The position numbers and the translations under genes are program-made. Shown here one piece after another: positions 49,407 to 61,037 of a stretch of 64,000 bases of DNA (the stretch's first letter is position 1; every line of letters begins with the position of its first letter). The stretch is from an uncultured Puniceicoccaceae bacterium. GTDB lineage: Bacteria; Verrucomicrobiota; Verrucomicrobiia; Opitutales; Oceanipulchritudinaceae. The notes beneath the pieces were generated by a model. The model worked only from the letters and a program-made list of their open reading frames with translations. It ran no database searches and was not told where the DNA came from. The stretch spans positions 1 to 64,000 of the forward strand of contig CAWVVV010000002.1 in NCBI GenBank assembly GCA_963933835.1, in the 5' to 3' direction.

Positions 49407-50570
49407 TTAGAGCGTCAGCGACTTATCTAGGCTTTTCGCTTTCTCAAGTGCATCAGGCAGCTCGGGGGCGAGCATGGTAAAATGTCCCATCTTACGTCCG
49501 GGTCGAGCCTCAGCCTTCCCGTAGAGATGTAGCTTTGCTCGCGGTTCTTCGAGCAGCACCTTCCAGTCTGGTTGACCGCCGGCAGGCCAGCGATCGCCGA
49601 GCAGATTTACCATCACGGCGGCAGAAAGCGCATCCGGTGCGCCCAGCGGCAGCCCCGCCACAGCGCGGATGTGCTGCTCAAACTGACTCGTGACGGCGGC
49701 GTCGAGGGTGACGTGTCCGCTGTTGTGTGGACGCGGAGCGAGCTCGTTGACAATCCATTTGCCACCCTGAGTGAGGAAGAGCTCAACCGTGATCAGGCCG
49801 ACGGCTTGCAGCTCGCGAGTGATCGCGAGAGCGAGGGCCTGTGCTTCGGCCTCGAGATCTGGGCAGATACGAGCGGGCCAAATCGTTGTATCCAGGATAT
49901 GGTTACAATGCTCGTTCTCAAAAACCGGATATGCCTGCTCTTCACCCGCTGTATTGCGTGCGCAGACGACGGAAAATTCATTCTCGAAGGTGATCCATTT
50001 TTCGAGGACGCAGGGAACTTCTCCAAGTTTGGTCCAGGCGTCGGCAAGGTCGGTTGACTCGGAAAGCTTGATCTGGCCTTTGCCGTCGTAGCCAGAGTCG
50101 GCGGTCTTGAGCACGCTCGGGAATCCCAGCTCAGCAACGGCGGCGCGCAGCTCATCAACCGAAGAGATGGAAGCGAAAGGAACACAGGGGAAGCCGTTAT
50201 CGCGCAGAAAGGATTTCTCTTTCAGGCGGTGCTGACAGACTTCAAGCACTGATCGCCCAGGGCACACCGCAACGGTCTGCTCAAGATGGGCCAGCGTTCC
50301 TTTCGGGATGTTTTCAAATTCGAGGGTTATGCGATCAGTGCGGCGGGCGAGCTCGTCGAGCGCCGCCTTGTCGTCAAAGGGAGCCGCGATCACAGCGTCC
50401 GCAACCGAGGCTGCTGGGGCTGCCTGTCCACCGGGATCGAGAACGACAAAGTGGTATCCCAGTTTCCGACCAGCGAGCAGACTCATGCGACCAAGTTGAC
50501 CGCCGCCGAGCATTCCAATCGTCGCACCGGGCGGAAGCATCGGTAAAGGTTGAGCGGCTGCGTTACTCAC
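49407..50570 (-). CDS. purK: N5-carboxyaminoimidazole ribonucleotide synthase
   Basis: [32 protein letters not shown]. Confidence 0.96.
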   Translation of the reverse strand: MSNAAAQPLPMLPPGATIGMLGGGQLGRMSLLAGRKLGYHFVVLDPGGQAAPAASVADAVIAAPFDDKAALDELARRTDRITLEFENIPKGTLAHLEQTVAVCPGRSVLEVCQHRLKEKSFLRDNGFPCVPFASISSVDELRAAVAELGFPSVLKTADSGYDGKGQIKLSESTDLADAWTKLGEVPCVLEKWITFENEFSVVCARNTAGEEQAYPVFENEHCNHILDTTIWPARICPDLEAEAQALALAITRELQAVGLITVELFLTQGGKWIVNELAPRPHNSGHVTLDAAVTSQFEQHIRAVAGLPLGAPDALSAAVMVNLLGDRWPAGGQPDWKVLLEEPRAKLHLYGKAEARPGRKMGHFTMLAPELPDALEKAKSLDKSLTL

Positions 50571-51078
50571 TAGCGGGCAAGTCTGGGAGGTCAGCGCCCA
50601 GAACAGTTTCAGTTTGAGTCGCCCGCCAAGCAGCGAGCTTTTCGTTCAAGGCGGCATCGTTGAGGGCTAGAATAGCAGCAGCAGTGAGGCCGGCGTTTTT
50701 GGCTCCGGCAGAACCGATTGCAAAGGTGGGGACGGGAATGCCGCCGGGCATTTGCACGATCGAAAGGAGCGAATCCATCCCCTTCAAAGCTCGGGACTCT
50801 ACGGGCACTCCGAGGACAGGTATGAGCGTCATGCTCGCTGTCATGCCGGGGAGGTGGGCCGCGCCGCCAGCACCGGCGATAATGACTTTGAGGCCGCGGT
50901 GGGCCGCAGTTTTGGCGTAATCGCAGAGGAGCTCAGGCGTACGGTGAGCGCTTACAATGCGCTTCTCAAAGGCGATGCCCAGCGCTTCGAGGATTTCGGC
51001 CGCCGCTTTCATCGTCTGCCAATCTGAGAGACTGCCCATAATGAGACCAACTTGGGCGGGAGGGGTTCCGGTAGTCAT
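50563..51078 (-). CDS. purE: N5-CAIR mutase
   Basis: [23 protein letters not shown]. Confidence 0.97.
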   Translation of the reverse strand: MTTGTPPAQVGLIMGSLSDWQTMKAAAEILEALGIAFEKRIVSAHRTPELLCDYAKTAAHRGLKVIIAGAGGAAHLPGMTASMTLIPVLGVPVESRALKGMDSLLSIVQMPGGIPVPTFAIGSAGAKNAGLTAAAILALNDAALNEKLAAWRATQTETVLGADLPDLPASE

Positions 51079-51117
51079 AAACGCCACGATGAGCCTGCCG
51101 CGCAGCAGATCAAGGCT

Positions 51118-52248
51118 CTAGAGCAATTTTTGAGTAGCCTGTGATTCACCCTCGTCGTCCGAGTTCGGCAAGCGAACGCGCACGGTGGTGCCTTCGCCAG
51201 GAAGACTATCGATCGCGATCTCACCCTTGAGCATCGCGACAAATTCTCTCGTGAGGGAGAGGCCGAGCCCCACCCCTTTTTCTCCAAGCGTGCCCGTAGT
51301 GGATTCGAGCTGTTCGCCCATGAGCACCTTTTCGATTTGTCTACTTTGCATCCCGACACCGCGGTCGATGACACCGAGGTAATAACACCCATCCTCTAAG
51401 CGATGTTCTACTCGGACGGTTCCTCCGACGGACGAAAACTTGATCGCATTGGCGACAAGGTTGCGAACAACATAGGCCATGAGGTCGCGATCCGTCGTAA
51501 CAAAGAGTTCGGCTGGGGGCTCGTGGATGAGTGTAACCTCCTTGCGCGCCGCATCGAGTTGCAAAAGCCCGAGGGCTTCTTCCGCGACCGGAACGAGATC
51601 CACTTTATGGAACTTTGGCTGGATGCCGTCGCGATGGACACTCGACCAACCGAGCAGGTTGTTGAGGGTGTCGCTGAGGTGTCGGGTGGATTCCTCCAAG
51701 GTTCCAGCATACTCGTTCATCTTCGCCTTATCGAGCTCATCGGGCGAGTAGCGCAGCATGTACATGAGCGCATTGAGCTGCGAGATAGGCGAACGTAGGT
51801 CGTGCCCGATGATGGATAGAATCGTGTCGCGAGTGCGGGTCGATTCCCGCAGCTCACTGTGCATGCTGAGCAGCTCATTTTCGTAGAGCCGTCGGGCAGA
51901 GACATCTTCGACGATGAGGACGACCTGTTTCACTTCGCCTTCACCGCGTAGAAGCTGGGCATCGAGGCGAAGCACCTGGGTCGTGCCGTCGTCGAGCTCA
52001 CGGCGAACCTCGCCCTGCGTGTCATTCCCACTGAAGGCTGGGCGCAAAATTTTCAACCACCGGTCGCGCTCAGAATCATCAACGATGTCTATGAGGCTGT
52101 CGCCGGGATGGATTTTTATGCCGTAGCTAAGGCTCAGGAGCTCCGACGCCCGCAGGTTTACACGCCGAATCGATGAGTCAGTTTCGAGGACGATGACGCC
52201 ACGAGGAAGCTGCTCAAGGATATCCATCTGGGTGGAAAGGTCATCCAT
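51118..52248 (-). CDS. Cytoplasmic PAS-domain sensor histidine kinase
   Basis: PAS-like N-terminus, HDLRSP H-box, NAIKF, DRGVG, GLGL. Confidence 0.92.
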   Translation of the reverse strand: MDDLSTQMDILEQLPRGVIVLETDSSIRRVNLRASELLSLSYGIKIHPGDSLIDIVDDSERDRWLKILRPAFSGNDTQGEVRRELDDGTTQVLRLDAQLLRGEGEVKQVVLIVEDVSARRLYENELLSMHSELRESTRTRDTILSIIGHDLRSPISQLNALMYMLRYSPDELDKAKMNEYAGTLEESTRHLSDTLNNLLGWSSVHRDGIQPKFHKVDLVPVAEEALGLLQLDAARKEVTLIHEPPAELFVTTDRDLMAYVVRNLVANAIKFSSVGGTVRVEHRLEDGCYYLGVIDRGVGMQSRQIEKVLMGEQLESTTGTLGEKGVGLGLSLTREFVAMLKGEIAIDSLPGEGTTVRVRLPNSDDEGESQATQKLL

Positions 52249-52355
52249 GGTTAGCAACGTGTCTCAACATTATATGAGTATTAACCCCCATAAGCGGGTG
52301 ATTTACAAGGCTGATCGCGAAGAAAAACGAGGCCCGCCTGTCAGCTGCTCCTACA

Positions 52356-53147
52356 CTAGACAAAGTCAGCAAACCCTCGCTTCAGCCACCCAAACACCAC
52401 GACCCCAACAAAACACAGCACAATCCCAAAAATGAGGCTGAAAATGTAGAATCCAAAATCGAGCGATACGCCCCAGAGCAAGACCCGGCGAGATTCTTCA
52501 ATGACGTGGAGGAGTGGATTCCACCGCATGAAAGCCCAAATCTGCGGGTAGGCCTCAACCTCTGATCGGCTGTAAAAGACCCCGCTGGACCAGAATACAA
52601 TCTGCGACAGCATCCGGATCGCTTGCCCAAAGTCTCCAACATAGACCGATACCGCCGAGATCCCTGCATTCATCCCTAGCGCGATGAGAAAAAGCGGCAA
52701 AATCAAGACAGGCAAAAGCAGGAGCACGTAGGCTTCACTGGGCTGAAGAATGATCACCCCGATGCTCCAGGCTGCCAGGGTAAGACTCAGCTTCAAAAAA
52801 CTCGAGATGGTATGCGCCAAAGGAATGACGATGAGCGGCAGCGCGTTCTTTTTGACCAAGTTCGACTGACTGGTGAGGAGACCCGGCGCGATCCCCATCG
52901 GCTCTGTAATCGTCTGCACAAGCATCATTCCGATGAAGACCCCAAGCGCGTAGTGCCAAGTCGTTTCGCCATCCACGACACCAAAGCTACGGTTAAAAAT
53001 GACCCCAAAAACGACGGTATAGATGCCAAGCTGAACGAGGGGGCCGATAATCAGCCACACCCATCCGAGGAAACTATTCTGGGTCTGTTCCTGGAGGTGG
53101 CGAAAGGTGAGAGCCAGGATGAGGGACGGTGTGAGGCGCTGCTGCAT
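52356..53147 (-). CDS. wzm: Polysaccharide ABC transporter permease (Wzm-like)
   Basis: SFLGWVW..P, LVKK..LP, WNPL, F..LKRGFAD. Confidence 0.88.
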   Translation of the reverse strand: MQQRLTPSLILALTFRHLQEQTQNSFLGWVWLIIGPLVQLGIYTVVFGVIFNRSFGVVDGETTWHYALGVFIGMMLVQTITEPMGIAPGLLTSQSNLVKKNALPLIVIPLAHTISSFLKLSLTLAAWSIGVIILQPSEAYVLLLLPVLILPLFLIALGMNAGISAVSVYVGDFGQAIRMLSQIVFWSSGVFYSRSEVEAYPQIWAFMRWNPLLHVIEESRRVLLWGVSLDFGFYIFSLIFGIVLCFVGVVVFGWLKRGFADFV

Positions 53148-53294
53148 GATCGCAATAGAGGGGTTGGCGGAAGCACATCCAGAGTGTGTCGAGCCATCGC
53201 ACGAAACTCCATCCGCTAGATCAAACGTCTAAAGGTCAATCTCGTAAAAGCTTGCCTGAGTAAGGGCGGGAGAACGAATCTTCGCTACCTCCCC

Positions 53295-54665
53295 ATGGCC
53301 TCTATCGTCTGCGATCAACTCACCAAGCAATACGTCCTCCATGCGGGTCCCTCGTATCGGCTCGGCCACGCCCTCCGCCTCGCGAAAACCCCTTTCATTA
53401 AGAGATTCGGGGAGCGCCTGACCTCATCGACGAAAGGTCACAGCATCACTGTGCTTCACCCTTTCAGCACAAAAATCGTCCCCGGCGAGTCCGTCGCGAT
53501 CCTCGGGCGCAATGGATCCGGAAAGAGCACCCTGCTCTCCCTCCTCGCTGGCGTCCTCTCGCCGTCCAGCGGAAGCTTTCAGCTCGATGGCAAAGTCGCC
53601 TCTATTCTCGAACTCGGAAGCGGCTTCAACGAGCAGTTCACCGGGCGCAACAACCTCAAGCTCCGCGCCGCGATGTATGGCTTGTCTCCAGCCGCACTGG
53701 ACGAACGGATGGATGACATCCTCAGCTTTGCGGATATCGGTGAGTTCTTCGACGAACCTGTCTCGACCTACTCCACTGGAATGAAGATGCGGTTGAGCTT
53801 CGCGCTCAATACGATGATCGATCCTGACATCCTCATCATCGACGAAGCGCTGTCGGTCGGTGACGCCTTTTTTCAGGCCAAGTGCCTACGCTGGATCGAA
53901 GACTTTATCGCTAAAGGGCGCATCTTTCTCTGCGTCTCGCACGACATCGGGTCAGTCATGAAACTCTGCCAACGTGGCATCGTTCTCGAAAAAGGCCGCA
54001 CCATCTGCGAAGCCCCCATCCGCGATGCCGTCAACGCCTACTATCGCGCCCAGCGCGGTATCATGACGAAGGGGCAAATTCTCTCGGAGGCCAAGACCGA
54101 GAACAAGGATGAGCCCGAAGACGAAACCGACACTTCCACCGCATCCCCATCAACCCCGATGGAAGTCATCGATGAAGAGGGCTGGGAGAACGTCACCCTC
54201 GAGACAAGCCAACGCACCGGTGATCAAGTCCTCGAAATCTGCGCCGTAGCCACCCAACCGCGCCTCGAAGCTGCCCACCAAGTCGGCGACTGGCTCAAGG
54301 TTCAGGTGCGCCTCCGCGCAAACCATGATGTCGCGCGCCATCACCTCGGCTTTGGATTCCGCGACAAGCGCGGCGTGCTCTTCGGCGGCTTTCACTCTTT
54401 CTACGTCGAAGAGGAAGACATCCAACCCCTCGATCGCGGCGAAGAGCTTGTCGCGACTTTTGAGGTCTCCCTCATGATGCCGCCCGGCACCTACCTTCTC
54501 TTGGTAGGCGCATCAGAGAACCTCACCGACACCGAGTGGACCGACTTCGATGTCATCTGGGACGCCGCCCGTATCACAATCAGCGGACACGCTCAGTTCT
54601 GGGGTAACTCGGCGATGCCGCAGCGAAATTTTCAGACCCGCAAGCTCGCCCACCCTGACGCCTGA
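53295..54665 (+). CDS. wzt: Polysaccharide ABC transporter ATPase with C-terminal Wzt_C-like domain
   Basis: GRNGSGKST, YSTGM, DEALSVGDAFF, C-terminal beta domain ending PGTYLL. Confidence 0.92.
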   Translation: MASIVCDQLTKQYVLHAGPSYRLGHALRLAKTPFIKRFGERLTSSTKGHSITVLHPFSTKIVPGESVAILGRNGSGKSTLLSLLAGVLSPSSGSFQLDGKVASILELGSGFNEQFTGRNNLKLRAAMYGLSPAALDERMDDILSFADIGEFFDEPVSTYSTGMKMRLSFALNTMIDPDILIIDEALSVGDAFFQAKCLRWIEDFIAKGRIFLCVSHDIGSVMKLCQRGIVLEKGRTICEAPIRDAVNAYYRAQRGIMTKGQILSEAKTENKDEPEDETDTSTASPSTPMEVIDEEGWENVTLETSQRTGDQVLEICAVATQPRLEAAHQVGDWLKVQVRLRANHDVARHHLGFGFRDKRGVLFGGFHSFYVEEEDIQPLDRGEELVATFEVSLMMPPGTYLLLVGASENLTDTEWTDFDVIWDAARITISGHAQFWGNSAMPQRNFQTRKLAHPDA

Positions 54666-54677
54666 TCCCGTCCCACC

Positions 54678-55751
54678 ATGTCCGACGAAACTCCCATCAT
54701 ACCCGAGCGCGCCGATGTCGATGAACGCGTCGACCCACTAGATCGCCTCTCGCCTTTCACCGTCGATCACCTCGCGCGTTACTACATCGCCAGCCAAGTC
54801 GTCGCGGGTAAAGAGGTCCTCGACGCCGCCTGTGGGATCGGTTTTGGAGCGCGTATTCTCGCCGAAGCAGGCGCTGCCAAGGTCACCGCGGCTGATCTCG
54901 ACGCAGGCACCCTAGAGCGCGCGCATGCTCGCTACGATCACCCCGCGATCAACTACCTCGCCGCTGACCTAGAAAAAGGCGCCTGGGCCAGCGAAGGTCC
55001 ATGGGACGTCATCTGCAGCTTCGAAACGCTCGAACATCTGCGCGAGCCAGAGACCTTTGTTCAGCGCCTGCGGCAAGCACTGAAAAGCAATGGCCTCCTC
55101 CTCCTTTCTGTTCCCGGTGAAGTCGACCAGGACCGCGACAACCCTTTCCACTTTCAGCACTTTACGAAGGCTTCTCTCGAAGAACTGATCGGCGGGTCCT
55201 TCGCTCAAGTGCATGTCATCGAGCAACGCTTCTCGATCGCCGCGGAATTTCAGTCAGGCGATCAAGTCGCAACCGCCTCGACCTCCATTACCTTGCCAAA
55301 CGAAAGCGACACTCCGGCGATCGACGGCTACCTCGTCATCGCGGGTAATGAGATTACGGATACACTCAAGAAATCGCATATCTGGCACCTTCCAGCTGTA
55401 TGGCAGACGCTCGAAAGCGAGCGCATTGAGCTCTACCGTCAATGCGAGATCAGTCACGCCGGCTACCATAAAGCCCATGCTGAACTCGCCGAGCTCACGC
55501 AAAAATTCACCGCCTGCCTCGCGTGGGGCAAAGCCCATTTCCAAACCGCGACCGGCAAAGGCGATCCCGGCAACGACCCGATCGATAACCTCCAGTCTCA
55601 GGTCTACGAGAAGAACAACGCCCTCAAGGCCGAGCTCGATGAAGCCAAGGCAACGATTGCCAAACTCGAAGCCGAGCTCGCTGAGCTCAATAGCCAAGCG
55701 GATGAAACCAGCACCTTCCAGCAACGGCTAAAGAGTGTGCTAGGCCGCTAA
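54678..55751 (+). CDS. Class I SAM methyltransferase with C-terminal coiled coil
   Basis: HLARY, VLDAACGIGFG, SFETLEH, NPFH; heptad-rich C-terminus. Confidence 0.85.
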   Translation: MSDETPIIPERADVDERVDPLDRLSPFTVDHLARYYIASQVVAGKEVLDAACGIGFGARILAEAGAAKVTAADLDAGTLERAHARYDHPAINYLAADLEKGAWASEGPWDVICSFETLEHLREPETFVQRLRQALKSNGLLLLSVPGEVDQDRDNPFHFQHFTKASLEELIGGSFAQVHVIEQRFSIAAEFQSGDQVATASTSITLPNESDTPAIDGYLVIAGNEITDTLKKSHIWHLPAVWQTLESERIELYRQCEISHAGYHKAHAELAELTQKFTACLAWGKAHFQTATGKGDPGNDPIDNLQSQVYEKNNALKAELDEAKATIAKLEAELAELNSQADETSTFQQRLKSVLGR

Positions 55752-55759
55752 ACTAAATC

Positions 55760-57313
55760 TTAGTGCCTGAAGTGGCGGAAGCCGGTGAAGACCATCGCCA
55801 TGCCGCGCTCGTTGGCTGCTGCGATGACTTCTTCGTCGCGAACGGAACCACCCGGCTGGATAGCGCATGTTGCACCGGCCTCTGCCGCAGCGATGAGGCC
55901 GTCGGAAAAAGGGAAAAAGGCATCTGAGCAAACAGCTGAGCCCGCAAGGTCGAGCTTCGCTTCGCCTGCTTTCCAGACGGCGATCTTCGAGGCGTCAACG
56001 CGTGACATCTGGCCTGCTCCAATCCCGACCGTGCGTTCGTCACCAGCGTAGACGATGGCGTTACTCTTGACGTGTTTGCACACGCTCCAACCGAAGAACA
56101 TCGAGCGCCATTCCTCCGGGGTCGGAGCACGTTCGGTCACGACTTTGGCATCGGTCGGCTTGAGGCGCTTTTGGTCGCGGTCTTGGACGAGGATGCCACC
56201 GACAGCAGAACGGAAATCTTTCAGGCTTTCTGCACCGACACCGTCCTTCGCGATCATGAGGCGGAGGTTCTTACGCTTGGCAAAGAGTGCTCGCGCTTCA
56301 TCGGTGAAGAAAGGGGCGATGATGACCTCGCAGAAAATCTCGCGGATCTTATTCGCCAGCTCCCCGTCGACCGTCTGGTTGACTACGATGATGCCACCAA
56401 AAGGGGCCTGCTTATCCGTCGCAAAGGCGCGATCCCATGCGGTGCAAAGGTCATCTGCACTCGCTACACCACACGGGTTGGTGTGCTTGAGAATGCCGAC
56501 TGTCGGACGTTCGAATTCACCGATGAGATAGGTCGCGGCCGAAATATCGATGATGTTGTTAAAGCTTAGCTCCTTGCCTTGGAGTTGCTCGAAGACCTCG
56601 AAGAAGCGACCGTAGAGCGCCGCGCTTTGATGCGGGTTCTCCCCGTAGCGCAGGTCTTTTGCCTTCGGCAGCTCAATCTCTATCTTAGGCGGCAAGCCAC
56701 GCAGCGCAGCGAGGTCGGGCTCACCCTCGTCCATCTGGTCGCCGAGGTATTTCGCGATCGCGCCATCGTAAGTGCTCGTGCGAACAAAGACTTTCACCGC
56801 AAGCTTCCGACGGAGAGCCAACAGTTTGTCATCGTCGCCCGTCGCTTCGAGTACCGACGCGTAGTCCTCGGGGTCGGTCACGACCGTGACGAAGCGGTGG
56901 TTCTTTGCCGCGCTGCGAAGCATCGAGGGACCACCGATATCGATCTGCTCGATCGCCTCACTGAGCTTCACAAAGGGCTTCCGAATCGTCTCCTCAAAGG
57001 GATAAAGGTTCACCACCACGAGATCGATCATCCCGATACCGTGCTCAGTGGCTTTTGCCATGTGCTCAGGATTGTCGCGCAGGGCGAGCAGACCACCGTG
57101 TACCGCCGGATGGAGCGTCTTCACTCGCCCATCCATCATCTCTGGAAAGCCGGTGTACTCGCTCACATCTTTGACCTCCAAACCCGCTTCACGGAGGACA
57201 CGAGCGGTGCCGCCTGTGCTCAGAAGCGAGTAGCCATGCTGCTCTACGAGAGCGGTGGCGAAATCAACAATACCAGTCTTATCACTGACGGAGAGGAGCG
57301 CGCGTTTTTCCAC
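55760..57313 (-). CDS. purH: Bifunctional AICAR transformylase/IMP cyclohydrolase
   Basis: [42 protein letters not shown] start. Confidence 0.97.
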   Translation of the reverse strand: MEKRALLSVSDKTGIVDFATALVEQHGYSLLSTGGTARVLREAGLEVKDVSEYTGFPEMMDGRVKTLHPAVHGGLLALRDNPEHMAKATEHGIGMIDLVVVNLYPFEETIRKPFVKLSEAIEQIDIGGPSMLRSAAKNHRFVTVVTDPEDYASVLEATGDDDKLLALRRKLAVKVFVRTSTYDGAIAKYLGDQMDEGEPDLAALRGLPPKIEIELPKAKDLRYGENPHQSAALYGRFFEVFEQLQGKELSFNNIIDISAATYLIGEFERPTVGILKHTNPCGVASADDLCTAWDRAFATDKQAPFGGIIVVNQTVDGELANKIREIFCEVIIAPFFTDEARALFAKRKNLRLMIAKDGVGAESLKDFRSAVGGILVQDRDQKRLKPTDAKVVTERAPTPEEWRSMFFGWSVCKHVKSNAIVYAGDERTVGIGAGQMSRVDASKIAVWKAGEAKLDLAGSAVCSDAFFPFSDGLIAAAEAGATCAIQPGGSVRDEEVIAAANERGMAMVFTGFRHFRH

Positions 57314-57488
57314 CGGAACGTTGTCACGTTTACGTCACACCGAAGGCAAGGCGAAAGCTGCAATTTCATCGCCTAGTGAAGCGACTTGCACGAGCTGTCC
57401 TATATTAAGCGCAAACTGAATAGAGGCCTCCACATCAATAGTGTCTTCCTTGACAAAATGCCTAGTCAGGTATAGGCAGTTTCCCCTA

Positions 57489-58157
57489 ATGTCTAAATCT
57501 GCCTGTCTCAAAACTCTCACTGTTTCAATCTTAGGACTCTTAGTATCGAGCTCATCCGTTTTTGGAACCATCTTCGCTCTTAATAATATATCAGGAGCCA
57601 ATTCTGCCATTATCACTACGACCCCGCCGAACCCAGTTACCCAAAACCCAAACGATGGGATTTTGCTAGCATGGAACGAAATTCAAAACCATACCCTAAT
57701 TTCTGACATCAAGGTGGATCGGGTTTTTGATCAAAATGCTAGCTTTGTTGAAGCCGTAAGTGGAGGCTACGTCCTCAAGGCTGGAACCGTTGTATCGAGT
57801 CACTACTTTCAATGGGATCCGGGCAACGGATCCGCAACTCGAGTGTCTGGAACAATCCAACTAGATGCTCAAGTATTCGCTGTTCTAACCGCGGACCAGA
57901 ACCTCTTTGATTCAGATTTCCTTGGCCTGCCTGGGGTCAATTATAATGACTTCACGCTTAGAGGGATCGAAAGCGGAGACACCACCACATTCAATGGCAG
58001 TGATCTTGATTTCAGCTGGTTTACAGGTTCACCCGGCGACTGGGTGAGAGTCTTATCTGCCTATTCGCCAATTGCTTCAATACCTGAGCCATCTTCTCAA
58101 GTTGGATTGCTTGGCCTCTTATCTTTCACACTCGTACTGAGAAGAAGACGCCTCTAG
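57489..58157 (+). CDS. PEP-CTERM sorting domain protein
   Basis: Signal peptide; C-terminal IPEPSS-hydrophobic-RRRR. Confidence 0.9.
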   Translation: MSKSACLKTLTVSILGLLVSSSSVFGTIFALNNISGANSAIITTTPPNPVTQNPNDGILLAWNEIQNHTLISDIKVDRVFDQNASFVEAVSGGYVLKAGTVVSSHYFQWDPGNGSATRVSGTIQLDAQVFAVLTADQNLFDSDFLGLPGVNYNDFTLRGIESGDTTTFNGSDLDFSWFTGSPGDWVRVLSAYSPIASIPEPSSQVGLLGLLSFTLVLRRRRL

Positions 58158-58750
58158 TAATCCTCGCGCGCCTTGATGTCAGTGAAGTTGATGTGGACGA
58201 GAAGGAGGAACTTGTAGTTATGAAAGTAGGATTTTCCGATCGAGGGTTTGGTTGAGAGGATCTGCTTACCCTTCCGGTCGTAGGCTAGAATCGCTATCGT
58301 TGTGAGCGAATCCATCGCCTCTTTGCCGTAGATGACTAGCTCGGGGGTTTCCGTTACGGTTGTTCCGACAACTGGAATCGGAAGGGATGGAATACCCAGA
58401 AGGGACTTTGAAGGATCAACACCTAATCCGCCACAGCGCGGCTCAACAACGACATCCGCTTCTTCCGCCGTTGCTACGAGGATGACCCCGCTATCGCTCA
58501 GCTTCGCTCGGATGGCTCCCTTGACGTAATTTACGTCGTAAGAATCCAAATACGAATCGTCGACAAAGACCTTTTCACCTTCGAGCTCAACAAGGACTAT
58601 TTTCGCCAGTGCATTGTCCACCGCGGTGCTCAGAAGGAGCTGCTCGATACCCGTCCGCTCTGGGCGGGTGAAGGTCGGGCTGGTGCAGCCAGAGATAAGG
58701 AGGCTGATGAAGCCTGCGGCGAGAAGAGCGATGGGACGATAAGCGAACAT
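58154..58750 (-). CDS. Lipoprotein (DUF6655-like)
   Basis: Lipobox ISGC; RTGIEQLLLSTAVD motif. Confidence 0.65.
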   Translation of the reverse strand: MFAYRPIALLAAGFISLLISGCTSPTFTRPERTGIEQLLLSTAVDNALAKIVLVELEGEKVFVDDSYLDSYDVNYVKGAIRAKLSDSGVILVATAEEADVVVEPRCGGLGVDPSKSLLGIPSLPIPVVGTTVTETPELVIYGKEAMDSLTTIAILAYDRKGKQILSTKPSIGKSYFHNYKFLLLVHINFTDIKAREDY

Positions 58751-58874
58751 GCCCTAATCCTGAAACGAAAATTCGCTAAGCCGTAAAGCCTCCTAAGGGC
58801 TCGGGGGTGATTTTCACCCTGCCATTGGACTTGTCACTTGCGGGGCATGCACCCGCCTCCCACATTTATCCCTT

Positions 58875-59666
58875 ATGTCTACGGGGCTCCATACCCAGCC
58901 ACTCCAAATCGGCGACCGCACGTTCAGCAGTCGTCTGCTTTTAGGAACAGGTAAGTTCTCTTCCAACGAGAGCATGCGCACCGCCTGCGATGCTTCCGGC
59001 AGCGAGCTCGTCACCGTCGCGCTCAAGCGCGCCAGCCTGAACGGGCCAGATGAATTTGCCGATATTCTCGACTTTCTAGATTCGGATCGATTTCTGATCC
59101 TTCCGAACACCGCTGGGGCAATGGACGCCGAAGAAGCTGTGCGCATCGCGCGCCTCTCCGAAGCGGCCGGTCTTCCTAAGTGGGTGAAACTCGAGATCCA
59201 TCCCGACCCAAATTACCTCCTCCCCGACCCGATCGAAACGCTCAAAGCCGCCGAAATCCTCGTCGCTGAAGGCTGGACTGTCCTCCCTTACATTAACGCT
59301 GACCCCGTGCTCGCCGCTCGCCTTCAAGACGTCGGCTGCGCCACCGTGATGCCGCTCGGCTCACCGATCGGCTCGAACAAGGGGCTCGAAACCGCCGCAC
59401 AGCTCCGAATCATCATCGAGCAAGCCCGCGTCCCCGTCGTTGTTGACGCCGGGATCGGTGCCCCCAGCCACGCCGCCGCTGCGATGGAGCTCGGAGCCGA
59501 TGCTGTCCTCGTGAACACCGCTATCGCGATTGCGCCAGATCCCGCCCGCATGGCTCGCGCCTTTGCCACCGCCGTCGAAGCGGGACGTGCCGCCTACGAG
59601 ATAGGCCTCGGAGCGACTTCGGAAAAAGCGAAAGCGAGCAGCCCGCTCACGACCTTTCTTGAATGA
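58875..59666 (+). CDS. thiG: Thiazole synthase
   Basis: [38 protein letters not shown]. Confidence 0.97.
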   Translation: MSTGLHTQPLQIGDRTFSSRLLLGTGKFSSNESMRTACDASGSELVTVALKRASLNGPDEFADILDFLDSDRFLILPNTAGAMDAEEAVRIARLSEAAGLPKWVKLEIHPDPNYLLPDPIETLKAAEILVAEGWTVLPYINADPVLAARLQDVGCATVMPLGSPIGSNKGLETAAQLRIIIEQARVPVVVDAGIGAPSHAAAAMELGADAVLVNTAIAIAPDPARMARAFATAVEAGRAAYEIGLGATSEKAKASSPLTTFLE

Positions 59667-60844
59667 ACTTCTCGGAACAGTTTCCAGACCTTCCCCTGCG
59701 CGAACTCGCGGCGGTTTCGCACACAGCGACCGATGCCCAGCTCGACCGTATTCTCGCTCAGGGTCATGCCCGCGATCTGAACGACTTTGCCGCACTCCTC
59801 TCGCCTGTCGCGAGCCGTCGGCTCGAGGAACTCGCCGCCCTCTCTCAGCGCATCACCCAACGGCATTTCGGCAAAACCATCCGCCTCTTTGCCCCGCTCT
59901 ATCTGAGCAATGAGTGCATCAACATCTGCAAATACTGCGGCTTTTCGCGTAACAACGACATCCCACGCGTCACCCTCGATGTCGCCGAAGTAGCGGATGA
60001 AGCACGACGCCTCGCCCGCCAAGGTTTCCGCTCCATTCTCCTCGTCGCCGGCGAGCACCCCAAATACGTTTCCAAAGGCTACGTCAGCGAAGTCATCGAG
60101 GAGATTCTGCCCTTTATTCCGAGTGTCGCCCTAGAACTCGGCCCCCTCGAAACCGCTCCCTATCGCATGATGGTCGAAGCAGGCGCAGAAGGTCTCATCT
60201 GCTATCAAGAAAGCTACGACGAGCACACCTACCGTGACCTGCATCCCGCCGGCCCGAAGAAGAATTTTTTCTGGAGAATGGATACACCCGAGCGCGCCTA
60301 CGCCGCTGGCTTTCGTCGGCTCGGCATTGGACCTCTCTTTGGACTACAAGACTGGCGCTTCGAGGCGCTTTCGACCGCTGCTCACGCACGGCACCTGTTG
60401 AAACACTGCTGGAAAGCCTCGCTCTCCCTCAGCCTGCCGAGGATGCGCCCCGCAGCGGGCGGCTGGTCTCCTGAGGACGCCTTCCACATGCACGACCGGG
60501 AACTTGTTCAAGCCATCTGCGCCTTCCGCCTCTTCCTTCCGACCGCGGCCGTCGTCGTTTCGACCCGCGAGCACCCAGGCCTGCGCAATGGTCTCGTCCG
60601 CCTCGGAACAACCTCGATGAGCGCCGGCAGTTCGACCGAGCCGGGCGGCTATAAAACCTATGACGAAAATACTTGGCAGCAGACGAAGCCTACTCAAGAG
60701 GGCGAACAGTTCCACATCGCCGACGAACGCTCTCCTCGCACCATCGCTGAGATGATTCGCGAGCAAGGCTATGAACCCGTCTGGAAAGATTTTGACGCCA
60801 GCCTCGTCAGCTCAAAAACCACCGAAGTCGAACTATGCGGATAA
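59663..60844 (+). CDS. thiH: 2-iminoacetate synthase (radical SAM)
   Basis: [33 protein letters not shown]. Confidence 0.94.
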   Translation: MNFSEQFPDLPLRELAAVSHTATDAQLDRILAQGHARDLNDFAALLSPVASRRLEELAALSQRITQRHFGKTIRLFAPLYLSNECINICKYCGFSRNNDIPRVTLDVAEVADEARRLARQGFRSILLVAGEHPKYVSKGYVSEVIEEILPFIPSVALELGPLETAPYRMMVEAGAEGLICYQESYDEHTYRDLHPAGPKKNFFWRMDTPERAYAAGFRRLGIGPLFGLQDWRFEALSTAAHARHLLKHCWKASLSLSLPRMRPAAGGWSPEDAFHMHDRELVQAICAFRLFLPTAAVVVSTREHPGLRNGLVRLGTTSMSAGSSTEPGGYKTYDENTWQQTKPTQEGEQFHIADERSPRTIAEMIREQGYEPVWKDFDASLVSSKTTEVELCG

Positions 60845-61035
60845 CCGCTAACAGCGAATCCTACGACCTCCCTGAGGGCAGCACACTCGACAGCTTTGTT
60901 CGCGACCGCTCGCTCGCTCTCGAACGCGTCGTCGTCGAGTGCAATGGTGAAGCCCTTACACCCAGTGAAGCGCGCGCTGCGGTTCTAAAGGATGGCGACC
61001 GCCTAGAGATTGTCCGTATCGTCGCAGGTGGTTGA
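60835..61035 (+). CDS. thiS: Sulfur carrier protein
   Basis: 66 aa ending EIVRIVAGG, in the thi operon. Confidence 0.95.
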   Translation: MRITANSESYDLPEGSTLDSFVRDRSLALERVVVECNGEALTPSEARAAVLKDGDRLEIVRIVAGG

Positions 61036-61037
61036 GG

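Noticed and set aside
58751..58874. TPP riboswitch upstream of thiG
   Set aside because: The conserved CTGAGA and downstream TPP core motifs were not found; only short hairpins are present.
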